Of a stretch of DNA of 64,000 bases, positions 47,900 through 59,095 are shown piece by piece. The DNA is from Octopus sinensis (taxonomy: Eukaryota), in NCBI RefSeq assembly GCF_006345805.1, contig NW_021835970.1:1-64000 (forward strand). Direction: 5' to 3'. The stretch's first letter is position 1. Each line of letters starts with the position of its first letter. The notes below the pieces were generated by a model. It saw only the letters and a list, made by a program, of their open reading frames with translations. It was not told where the DNA came from and did no database searches. Made by a program: the position numbers and the translations under genes.

Positions 47900-48599
47900 A
47901 TTATTATTAACAGAACAGACGTTGATGATAAATAAACTGGGTAAATTGTCCAGGTTTCGAATGAAAATAGGTTTCGAATGAAAATAGATCTCTGTCGAAT
48001 GATTGAGACTTGGACAAGTAAATTTTCTTCTTTTTTGGTCATCTAGAAAAGTAAGTATTCTTTTAGAATTTTTCAGAATTTTGAAATAAACAATAAATCA
48101 CGCTGTGTGTACTTCTTTTGAAATAAATGGCAGGCGTTTTCGATTTTCCACAAGTAATAATTATTGTTTTTTATATATAAATAATATATGTCCTCGTCTA
48201 CGAATATGGGAGAATTGTGTCCTTCCTCGTCGAACAGTAAAAGGTGGAATGATCTGATGGACTTTGGGGATATATTGGGGATGTATTAACTACATATTAA
48301 TGGCTAGAGAAGGTTTGGTTACACTTTTTTTTATATTCAATTATTAATACATTATTTTTACTTTTTTATTAAGGTTTTCGGGATCAAAAAACAAAAAAAT
48401 TAATATTAATGTTATACTCCTTTGTGGATTTGAACCCATGACGTCTGAGAACTGTTCTCGTTGTCCGAATGATTCATCACACCTTAAAATGAGTTTTCTT
48501 AGTTGCTTGTTACTACAACAGATCTACATTTTAAAAGTAATGTAACATTAAAAAATTATTAGTAATAACTTTAAACATTTATCATAAACTAATAAAGCA

Positions 48600-49110
48600 A
48601 AAACTTTGTCGTTCTGGGAAAAAGTATGGAGCAAAAGGCGCGAAATATCCGTGCCACTGGGCAATGTTAGTAAAAGAATAACCGGCAGTGAAGACATGTT
48701 GCCAGATTTAACAAATAATTACATAATGGAGATCATTAAATATCTTCCTGACTGGAAGGCACCGGGATGTGACGGAATATATAATTTCTTCATTAAAAGA
48801 CCAGAATCTCTGCATGAATTTTTTATGTGTTGAAATCAAGAAAATAATCAACGGTGATTACATGCCAGAAAACTGGTTTTATACTGGAATTACATATCTA
48901 ATTCCTAAAAAGAACGATTGTGAGACCCCGAAAGATTTACGGCCTATAACATGCATGTCGACACTTTATAAGTTAGTTACCAAGTGTATTAATGGAAAAC
49001 TGTCTGAGTTTATGGATGTATTTAGCTTAATTTCCGACAATCAACTTGGTACAAAGAGACAGTGTCAGGGTGCTAAAGAACAGGCCCTTATTAACCAATG
49101 TTTCCGAACT
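48600..49110 (+). pseudogene. R4/Dong-like RT N-terminal fragment
   Basis: WKAPGCDGIYNF...GITYLIPK...LRPITCMSTLYKLVT...NQLG. Confidence 0.8.
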
Positions 49111-50234
49111 TTAGCTTCGAAAGATTAGTGTAGATAGATCAAGCATCTATGTTTCTGATTAATCTCGAAGCTTTAGACATTAGCTTTTAAATCGCATATA
49201 AGCAAGCATCGACGTTTTTCAGGAAATTCTGTGTTAATATCCCTTTCAAAAAAACTGATTGTTGAACATTAAATTGTTAAAAAAACCAATAAAAAAATAA
49301 GTGACTATCTAAATAAGCCTCAATTCTCTATAAGTCGAATACTTCGTCAATGGAAAAAAATCCGAAGATATTAATAGCAAACCTCTTAGTGGAGTTTATT
49401 TTTTTTAATTAAATGATTTACACAACCAATACATTTTCAGTTTGCACGCATGCGGAAAAAGAGAGAGCCAAGTCTGAAATTTCTTTTATTTGACAGTACT
49501 TAAGGTAAAAAACAGGAAAATTTCTTTCGCAGGAATAAACAAATATAAAAACATTTTCCATGAAAAATAACATTAATAAAAAACGAATGAAATAACTATT
49601 GAAAACTATGACTCTTTAACAAAAATGCTCAAATATGTCTTTTTTACCGAGCAGAAAGTAATAATTAATCAATAAAATTTTAATTTATTAAAAAAATTGT
49701 AACTATTGCTTAAATTGATGAATTTTGCGAGATTACAGACTAAATTACTAGTGTACTAATTAAGGAAAAAACAGAGAACGATCAGATCCCGGTCAAAAGA
49801 ATAGCTTGCGCGTTGCCGCGCATGAAAACGTTTCCGGACTAAAGTGGAAGTGAATTATGAATTTGATTTTTTAACCTGTGTCAGAGAAAAACCCACCCCT
49901 GGCATTCGAGATCTGGAATATTAAGTTGTACATTATTTATCAAATTAACTCCAAGATGACATTGAAAAAACTGCATCACAATTAACAGAGCTTGGTTCAC
50001 TCTCTTCGGTTCGTACAGATCTTTTGTCATACTATATTGGTTAAAGTAAGTTCCACAGTCATTTTCCACCAATTTACTAAATAATTAAAATTAATTTATT
50101 CAAGTTTAATGCAACTTGGGTCACTCGTCTTCTGAAAAAGTTAAATTTGTTGACTTAAATAGCAATATCAAAAAAATGACAAATTGGGAAATTAATTTTT
50201 TTAAAAATAAAATGAATAACAACGTAATTAAGAA

Positions 50235-50940
50235 ATGCCAAATCGCATAAAAAAGCTTATTCGAAACGTAAAGAAAAAAAGTAAATTTACAAAAAAATAA
50301 CACTCATAGATGAATTAAAACACAAAACTGATCACCAACGCGTAATAGCGACCACTCCAATGCAGTTAAGCATTATTGAACTCCAAAAACAAGCCCGTAA
50401 ACAGATGACCGTACAAGAAAAACTCCTGCAAGTAGTGGACAGTTTTGACGTTCTGTCCCAATCAGAGGCCAACTACTTAGTCCTAGACCAGAAATTACTT
50501 GACAGAGCTAAAATAATCGAAAATCCACCAACATATGCCCCTTCAAAACACAGCCTTAGTCTTGAATCTATCAAAGCTCCAATTCAAAGAAAGCCTTACA
50601 AACCTCGTGTTAAACCACATTCAACAAGCGCGTTTGTACTTTCCTCAATTATATTTAGTATAATTTGTATGTTTATATTTTAGCTGTAATCGCACTTTTG
50701 GTAAACCATAACGAATTCAGACCACAAATGAACGACATTAAACCCATTGAACAGATTTGTGAAAAAATGTCTCTACATATATTGATTACAAATAACCAAG
50801 TGAATGTCACATATATGAAGGCTCTGAATGCTGGATGGTTGGAATATGAGAATTCAGATGTCAACGAACTTAGTTATTTTATTGGTTCGAATATAAAAAT
50901 GTCGGAATATTTGGACCTGGATATTATCTTGTGAATAGAA
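50235..50940 (+). CDS. Hypothetical gene C, possible single-pass membrane protein; 3' end cut by LINE-B'; missing 3' part probably at 40121-40383
   Basis: Introns at 50281-50309 (29 nt) and 50658-50683 (26 nt), both phase 1, join three ORFs in frame. Hydrophobic AFVLSSIIFTVIALLV spans the second junction. Confidence 0.6.
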
Positions 50941-51740
50941 AGCGCGTAGCATCGGATTTTCTCGCATTTCCTGTAAATTTTCTCGAGATCTTTCGAGTAG
51001 TACCATGCTTCCATTCCGTACAGCAAGCTGGGTAGGATGGTTGCATGGAACACAAAGAGGAATGTCTTAGGATCCAGATGCATGCTTCTTAAAAGGCGGA
51101 GAGCCGCAATGGCTTTCGCTCTCTTTTTCTTTACATGCAGACGGTAGCCCGAGTTAGTGTCGATCGTAAGCCCCAGGTAGCGTATGCAGCTGGGGTGCCC
51201 AATATCGGCTAGGGGCCCAGAGCTCTGATCTGATGACTTTTTCGAGTTGATTTGTAGGAAAGCGGATTTATCCATTGCTAACGAGAGCTGTTTGATGGCG
51301 CACCACTCCTTTATTACCTCAATGTAGGTGAAAAGCCTCTTTTCTGAGGCCATCACATCTTTTGAGGTGTCAAGGATAAGGACGTCATCAGCATAGAGAA
51401 GTAGATTTGTCCGAGGGTCCCGGGGCAAAGGGAAACTGCTCATAACCAAATTGAAAAGAAGTGGACTGAGGCAGGACCCCTGCGGAACCCCTCTTTGGAG
51501 TGAAATATCTCTTGAGCGGAAACCAGATTCGGAGATAAACGAGTATCTTTCGGAGAGAAAGCGGCGCAGACAGAGGTAGAGTTCCGCTGTAGGCACACAG
51601 AGTTGGATCCTTTCCAGTAGGTCTCTGTGCCAGACGGTGTCGAAAGCTTTTGAAATGTCCAGACATACAAGAGATAGAGTTTCTTTAAATTCCATTGCTC
51701 TCGAAATTATGGACTGTACCGTTATGAAACAGTCACTGCC
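50941..51740 (-). mobile_element. LINE-B' RT fragment (273-aa ORF), truncated at both ends
   Basis: LDISKAFD, GVPQGSCLSP, LYADD, YLGL. A clearly diverged relative of LINE-B. Confidence 0.9.
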
Positions 51741-51949
51741 TTATTAAACAACCTTATTCCGAATTTTTTTGAGTAATGCAAAAAAGTATCATTCCGAAAA
51801 TTTTTTGGTTAATTCACTCATCATTTTTAAAAATAAGTAATTAAATATTAAAAAAATATTTTATTAGAACCATCAAATAATTGTAACTATTTCTTAAATT
51901 GATGAATTTTACGAGATTACAGATTAAATTACTAGTGTACTAATTAAAG

Positions 51950-54245
51950 AACTTTTGTTTATAAATCCCATTCCGTGGAGCGAGAGGAATTATATGCGAT
52001 ATATTGAAAGTAATAATATGTTTGGTCTATAGTTATAGGACACACTCATAATTGGCGACGACCTTTGCCAGTTTTTCGCTTGCTTAGAATTTAACATTAA
52101 TTATTTTGACTGTTAAGACACATATTTGTGTCCAGAACTTGTTGAAATGATTCAAAAATCTGGCGGCGAAAAGAAGTCATTGAAAGAAACGCCCAGAATC
52201 ATTTGGACTTCGACTTCGAAAATTATGACTCGTGGTCAGGAATAAGAGCTGCGCGTGATCTTTACTAATTAGTCGATTCTATAAAAAACAATAGATTAGA
52301 TTGGTAAATTTTTAAAATTTGTCCGAATTTTATTTTTTTAACCTTGTGTGCTCTGCAGGCTAAATCAGTTCGATACACCCAAGGCCTGTGACATTATAAT
52401 TTATAAAAATAAAATAATTAAATTCGTGTTCAGTTTAAAAAAAATCTAGAAAAAAATATAACAATAATGATTAAAATTTAAAGAAATTGATCATTTTAGA
52501 TTTTAGGGCGCTAAAATACAAGATCGCCAAATCCGGGAACAAATAAATAAAATTTTGCCATAAGAATATAAAGAATATAACTTTCTATCAAAAACAAGGT
52601 AAAATTCAATGAATAAAGATAAATGAAAAGATTTGAAATAAGCGAAATAAACAAATTGAAAGAATAAACTCGCAAATATTACAAAATGATGAAATTTCAG
52701 ATAATTTATTAATTAAAAGAAACTACATCGCAAAATATTCCTTCTAATTTAATTAAATAAAAAAATAAAGATTGACCAAATAATGGCAAATTGTGAAACA
52801 GACTTAAGAGCAGATTGTTTCCTTGGAAATTTTGCTCCAGTAGATTTTCGAGAAGTTTGTTTAGTTCTAGCCATATTTTTTTATTTCAGACAGAATGAAT
52901 GAAGAATTTTATTGTAAGAAAGAAGAGCGAGACAGAAACTTAGTGCGGAAAGTAATTTTGACGAGACGATTGCTTTGGGCATTTGAGCTCTTCAATGGTT
53001 CGTCCGCTTTGTCTGTCTATGAGCAGGGACACCTGCTATTCTCCACGATCGATGAATAGGTCAGTTACTTTAGAGCGTTTCCGAAAAGTTCGGATAGAAG
53101 CCTCGATGGTCTGCGGTTAAATTTAAGAAATAGTTACAATTATTTGATGTTGCTAATAAAATATTATTTTAAAAATATTTAATTTTTTATTTTTAAAATT
53201 TTCGGAATGATACTTTTTTGCATTACTCGAAAAAATTCGGAATAACGTTGTTTAAAAATTCGGAATAATATAAAACAAAAATAACTCGTCTGAATTGGTT
53301 CTGTCTGAAATAAAAAAATATGGCTAGAACTAAACAAACTGCTCGAAAATCTACTGGAGCAAAATTTCCAAGGAAACAATCTGCTCTTAAGTCTGTTTCA
53401 CAATTTGCCATTATTTAGTCAATCTTTATTTTTTTATTTAATTGGATTAGAAGGAATATTTTGCGATGTAGTTTCTTTTAATTAATAAATTATCTGAAAT
53501 TTCATCATTTTGTAATATTTGCGAGTTTATTCTTTCAATCTGTTCATATCGCTTATTTGAAATTTTTTCATTTATCTTTATTCATCGAATTTTACCTTGT
53601 TTTTGATAGAAAGTTCTATTCTTTATATTCTTATGGCTAACTTTTATTTATTTATTCCCGGATTTGGCGATCTTGTATTTTAGCGCCCTAAAATCTAAAA
53701 TGATCAATTTCTACCAAATTTTAATCATTATTGTTATATTTTTTTCTAGATTTTTTTTAAACTGAACACGAATTTAATTATTTTATTTTTATAAATTATA
53801 ATGTCACAGGCCTTGGGTGTATCGAACTGATTTAGCCTGCAGAGCACACGAGGTTAAAAAAATAAAATTCGGACAAATTTTAAAAATTTACCAATCTAAT
53901 CTATTGTTTTTTATAGAATCGACTAATTAGTAAAGATCACGCGCAGCTCTTATTCCTGACCACGAGTCATAATTTTCGAAGTCGAAGTCCAAATGATTCT
54001 GGGCGTTTCTTTCAATGACTTTTTTTCGCTGCCAGATTTTTGCATCATTTCAACAAGTTCTGGACACAAATATGTGTCGAAACAGTCAAAATAATTAATG
54101 TTAAATTCTAAGCAAGCGAAAAACTGGAAAAGGTTGTCGCCAATTATGAGTGTGTCCTATAACTATAGACCAAACATATTATTACTTTCAATATATCACA
54201 TATAATTCCTCTCGCTCCACGGAATGGGATTTATAAACAAAATAT
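51950..54245. repeat. Large imperfect palindrome: X-Y-H3tail arms (about 51950-52890 and 53300-54245) around a LINE-B tail plus promoter block
   Basis: Arms are reverse complementary by eye. H3-tail ATGs at 52874 (minus) and 53320 (plus) point outward. Confidence 0.85.
52896..53109 (-). mobile_element. LINE-B 3' end with (TTCA)n tail, about 21 nt upstream of an H3-tail ATG
   Basis: Same 3' UTR as 31000-31210. On the minus strand the tail reads aaaattcttcattcattc|tgtctgaaat. Confidence 0.85.
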
Positions 54246-54285
54246 TAAAACAGCGATACATAAGAAATTATTTCAAGTACAATGA

Positions 54286-54540
54286 TTAGGCCTTGTTTAT
54301 CACTTGGTAGTTTTGTAACTCCTCCTTTGTCATCTCTCTCGATCGACCGTGGAGGTCGACAACAAAATTGGTATAGAAAGTGTGATCATTGATGTAATGC
54401 TCGAACCTCTCATAATAACTATTGAATACTGGAGTGATCTAATAAATATAAACGTTCAGATAAAATTACTTGAAAATTTTTTTTTAATTCAGGATGGTCA
54501 ATGAAGTGGCGATCATCAGAATCATATGGATTTATATACC
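54286..54540 (-). pseudogene. Gene B paralogue, 3' exons (copy 1)
   Basis: INPYDSDYRHFIDHPE|31-nt intron at 54439-54469|ITPVFNSYYERFEHY... Confidence 0.7.
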
Positions 54541-54619
54541 ATAATGACCCGTATTTAACATTCTATTGTATCTCGCAATTAATGCAATTCACACTAGCAC
54601 ATATTACTAATTTAAAAAT

Positions 54620-55400
54620 GTATAATATGTCGCGCCCATAGCTGGCGACCATACCACGCTGGCGATAATGGTGACCTACATTGTTGACAGCGTGACCTAC
54701 ATAGTTTGACATTCAATTAAAAACGAAAATAATTTATTATAAAAAGGGTTTAGTGTCATTTTAATTAGAAAAATGGTATCTTCCAAAAGATGTTGTATTA
54801 GTATAGTCTCAATCCTTAGGTTACGTGAAAAATGACAGTGAATACCAAAATATTGTAAATGCACTACTCCAAATACCGGTACAAACTACATCTAAATCCG
54901 AAAAATACAAATTTATTAAAAAAGCTAATCAATTTATGATAATTGATGATCGGTATATTTGATATTCCTAATTCATAGTCTCTATCTAAAGGACGATAAT
55001 AACCAAAAACACAAATTGGTTATCTGTTTGGACAATGAAATGGAGATGAAGACACTGGCATTCGCTATTCACCAAGAATGCCACTGGGGAATACTATAGC
55101 TTCATAAGAAGTGCTTTGAATTTTATTTTACTGTGAAGCGCCCTATTATCGAACAGATTATAAAAGACTGCGAAATTTGTAAATTTGCTGGCCCATTAAA
55201 AGTATTTTTGATTAAATATACTTAGGAATCCGATTCTAATTACCATGTAACGGCAAGAAGTCCAAATGAAAGATTCCAGGCGGATCTTATTGACGTTAGA
55301 AGATATAAAGATTTTAACGATGGATATAATTGGATATTAACAATTATTGACATCTACAGCAAATTTGTGGTTTGCAAATCCTTAAAAAATAAATCTGCTT
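54620..55400 (+). pseudogene. Second Ginger-like integrase remnant with a possible terminal region
   Basis: IHQECHWG...IIKDCEIC (HHCC) and RFQADLIDVRRYKDFNDGYNWILTIIDIYSKF. Subterminal repeats gctggcga x2 and gtgacctaca x2. Confidence 0.75.
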
Positions 55401-55530
55401 TCAATAAAACTTAACATTTAGTTTTAGAAGTTAAAAATAAATTAAAAAAAAATTTTCGTCAAATTGGATATTGTCAAATTTTGCAAACTAAATAGTTAAT
55501 ATTTTTACGCAAATTCTTCTGATTGCGCTG

Positions 55531-55720
55531 TCAATTGGTGGTAAATTGTGTTAATGATTGTGCTAATGTGGTTTCAACTATCAAAGTGTTTTTCAAAATC
55601 TGTTAATTGCACACTCTATTCAAGGTCGTGCGTCAATTGGTGGTAAATTGTGTTAATGATTGTGCTAATGTGGTTTCAACTATTAAAGTGGTTTTTCAAA
55701 ATCTGTTAATTGCACACTCT
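55531..55720. repeat. Two-copy ~102-bp tandem duplication
   Basis: gtcaattggtggtaaattgtgttaatgattgtgctaatg at about 55531 and 55633. Confidence 0.85.
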
Positions 55721-55911
55721 GTCAAAGTCAAATATGATAATAGCTTTAATTTTGATTCATGGTCGATAATGATATATGCATTTAATTTTAAAGAGAAAAA
55801 CATAGGATGAATTGAATTTCTTTATCGCGAATAATTGGGAGTTCATCATTGTTAATATTCTCGCTGTCGTTTTCATCAAGGATATTCTTAATACGTGAGA
55901 TTTTTGCCTGG

Positions 55912-56900
55912 AAGGTTTTAATGGACCTCATCATGAATGTCGAGGACATTCGCGTTGTTCATTTTAATCAAAATGCAGAAAATAATTTTTTGATTTTTTG
56001 GCGGGAGGTTTTAAGGACCTCATCATGTAAGTCGAGGACATCGTAGTTGTTCATTTTAACCAAAATGCAGAAAATTTTTTTTTAATTTTTTTTGGGGGGA
56101 AGGTTTTAAGGACCTCATCATGTAAGTCGAGGACATCGTAGTTGTTCATTTTAACCAAAATGCAGAAAATTTTTTTTTAATTTTTTTTGGGGGGAAGGTT
56201 TTAAGGACCTCATCATGTAAGTCGAGGACATCGTAGTTGTTCATTTTAACCAAAATGCAGAAAACTTTTTTTTAAATTTTTTTTTGGGGGGAAGGTTTTA
56301 AGGACCTCATCATGTAAGTCGAAGATATCGTAGTTGTTCATTTTGACCAAAATGCAGAAAAATTTTTTTTAATTTTTTTTTGGGGGGAAGATTTTAAGGA
56401 CCTCATCATGTAAGTCGAGGACATCGTAGTTGTTCATTTAAACCAAAATGCAGAAAATTTTTTTTGATTTTTTTGGGGGGAAGGTTTTAAGGACCTCATC
56501 ATGTAAGTCGAGGATATCGTAGTTGTTCATTTAAACCAAAATGCAGAAAATTTTTTTTTAATTTTTTTTGGGGGGAAGGTTTTAAGGACTCATCATGTAA
56601 GTCGAGGACATCGTAGTTGTTCATTTAAACCAAAATGCAGAAAATTTTTTTTAATTTTTTTTGGGGGGAAGGTTTTAAGGACCTCATCATGTAAGTCGAG
56701 GACATCGTAGTTGTTCATTTTAACCAAAATGCAGAAAATTTTTTTTAATTTTTTTTGGGGGGAAGGTTTTAAGGACCTCATCATGTATGTCGAGGATATC
56801 GTAGTTGTTCATTTTGACCAAAATGCAGAAAAATTTTTTTAATTTTTTTTGGGGGGAAGGTTTTAAGGACCTCATCATGTAAGTCGAGGATATCGTATTG
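55912..56900. repeat. Minisatellite, 11 copies of a 93-97-bp unit
   Basis: aaggac(c)tcatcatg recurs at 56013, 56108, 56203, 56300, 56396, 56489, 56584, 56677, 56771 and 56865, plus a degenerate first copy at about 55921. Confidence 0.97.
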
Positions 56901-56989
56901 CCAATTTGAAGTTGGTGTGCACAGACAGACAGACAGACAGAAAGACAGACAGACAGACACACACACACCATACCATTTTATTATTAAGA
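56901..56989 (+). mobile_element. (ACAG)n/(AC)n microsatellite and ...tttattattaagat terminus; possible Helentron-associated (DINE/HINE-like) 3' end
   Basis: Only the architecture (internal tandem repeats, microsatellite, T-rich end) resembles non-autonomous Helentrons; no Rep/helicase seen. Confidence 0.4.
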
Positions 56990-57161
56990 TTATTTATAAA
57001 AAAATTAGTTAAATATTTTTAATTGGTTAGCCTATATATCAATAGTATGTATGGGAAGTAAAAATTAAAGTTATCGATGTACGTTTCTGTCTGTTGGAAA
57101 TTTGTGGAAGTATATCTAAGGAAATCTGCTCTAGGTATCTTACTGTTTATTCAAATAAATT

Positions 57162-57529
57162 TTTTTTTTTTTTAAACAGAATTGTTTATTAACGAAAACA
57201 ACAAAAAACTATTATGAACTGGCTCGCAGGATTGAAAGACAATTCCCGCGTAAAACAGCCAGCGAGATCCTCTGAATGAGGAATATAAATTCCCTCGGAT
57301 CTCTGGAGCGGTGGGTGCACAAGCGGCCAAGTTTCTTGAGATGGGCAAGCGTCTTGGCCCCAAAAACACAGGAGGTTTCGACAGCAATTGCCCAAAAGCA
57401 AAATCGATCGAGTAAATCAACATATTTCGATAGTTTTGCAAATTCGGCCTTCTCGGCCGACGAGCCGGGACGACAAGCCGTAGCATTTAAGGCACCCTTG
57501 GCGAAGGAGTCGGAACAGGTGACGTCCCG
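57162..57529 (-). mobile_element. 5'-truncated CRE-like retrotransposon (family G) with poly(A) and 12-bp TSD
   Basis: DVTCSDS...KYVDL...AVETS...QRISLAVLRGN. ttcaaataaatt at 57150-57161 and 57530-57541. Confidence 0.9.
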
Positions 57530-57615
57530 TTCAAATAAATTATAGCGTGCAAGTATATATAACGCGCAATAATTTAATCGACGTGGTGACATTTCAAAAA
57601 ATTTAGAAAAGCCAA

Positions 57616-58540
57616 ATGAAGAACGAAGAAGCAAGAAACAAAGACCCGTGTCAACTCACTCACTCTACCAGCGCATGTGCTACCTGCTCCCGAAAGAACT
57701 CTCGGAAACTGGGCCTATTCTGCTCCTCTTGTGGGGTCTACCATCATATTGGCTGCGCAAAGTTAAGGAAGAAGGCTGTCAAGGGCTTTCGTAGTTGGCT
57801 TTGCTCACCTTGTTTACGCATGTTCACCTTTTCTGAACACCGAGCAAAACGCTCTGATCCATTTTCAATCATAGACGGAGATTCAATTATTCTGCTGCTC
57901 TCTTCTATTCGAAAATCCAGAAGGATCCCTTTAAAGATCCCCAAGTCAGCCAGAGTTCCTGCTGCCTCGTGCCTCAACAGTCTTGTTGAAAGGACACTCC
58001 AGTCACGTGACACAGAATCATGGATTCGCCTTTTCTGTTTTGCACCTCTTGGACTTGGAACTTCTGTACACTTTTCAGAAAACCGCAAGTCTTTGGATTC
58101 TGAAAATAAATCGCATCTAAAATCCCTCCTTGAACGCCCTATTGAGGAACTAATTGATCAGTCTGAGCGGCACGACGAATTTAATCGGCCACGCTTGGGA
58201 GATGAGAAGGAATGGGTCAGAGGAGAAGTTTCTCGTAAATTTATGGAGGGGGACCTGCGGGGAGCACTCCGATTTGGCTGAGGTACATAAAGTTCAGAAA
58301 TATTCCAACCTGTTGGACAACTTCATCTTCTCCCCAATATCCGTAGAAACCTCCGGGGTCATGAGCCAAAAATCGTTCGAACTCGTCGGGAAAATCGGGA
58401 ATCTGATTTGAGAAGACGGAGAGAGCCTCGGGAGAAGCAATGGTTGTTCCAAAGAATATCCATTGCGATCCTGAGGGTTAACGTCTTCTCGATCATCAGT
58501 AGCTTTAGATTGTGATAATCATTTTCGTTCTGTTTAATAA
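57616..58540 (+). mobile_element. Internally deleted PHD-CRE element: PHD-containing N-terminus joined to an RLE 3' end (family F), RT absent
   Basis: CATC...CSSCGVYHHIGC...WLCSPC; IPLKIPKSARVPAA and FMEGDLRGALR align with the 41839 ORF; then QKYSNLL...SVETSG. Confidence 0.8.
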
Positions 58541-59017
58541 ATAGTTTGAGCAATATAGTATGAGCAATGAGTTTGAGCAATGACAAAAGATCTGTACGAA
58601 CCGAAGAGAGTGAACCAAGCTCTGTTAATTGTGATGCAGTTTTTTCAATGTCATCTTGGAGTTAATTTGATAAATAATGCTTAAATACAACTTAATATTC
58701 CAGATCTCGAATGCCAGGGGTCGGTTTTTCTCTGACACAGGTTAAAAAATCAAATTCATAATTCACTTCCACTTTAGTCCGGAAACGTTTTCATGCGCGG
58801 CAACGCGCAAGCTATTCTTTTGACCGGGATCTAAAATATTATTTTAAAAATTTTTAATTTTTTATTTTTAAAAATGATGAGTGAATTAACAAAAAAATTT
58901 TCGGAATGATACTTTTTTTATTACTCGAAAAAATTCGGAATAATGTTGTTTAAAAATTCGGAATAATATAAAACAAAAATAATTTGTCTGAATCGGTTCT
59001 GTCTGAAATAAAAAAAT

Positions 59018-59095
59018 ATGCCTAGAACTAAACAAACTGCTCGAAAATTATTAAAATGGATTAGAAGGAATGTTTTGCAATGTAGTTTCTTTTAA
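59018..59095 (+). pseudogene. Shortened H3-tail mini-[28 protein letters not shown]
   Basis: Internal deletion that keeps the same terminal reading frame. Confidence 0.5.

Noticed and set aside
48400-48480. tRNA gene or SINE (GGTTCAAATCC B-box on the minus strand, 48426-48436)
   Set aside because: No A-box, cloverleaf or second copy could be found.
55912-56900. CRISPR-like array
   Set aside because: Units are contiguous near-identical repeats with no unique spacers, there are no cas genes, and the context is eukaryotic.
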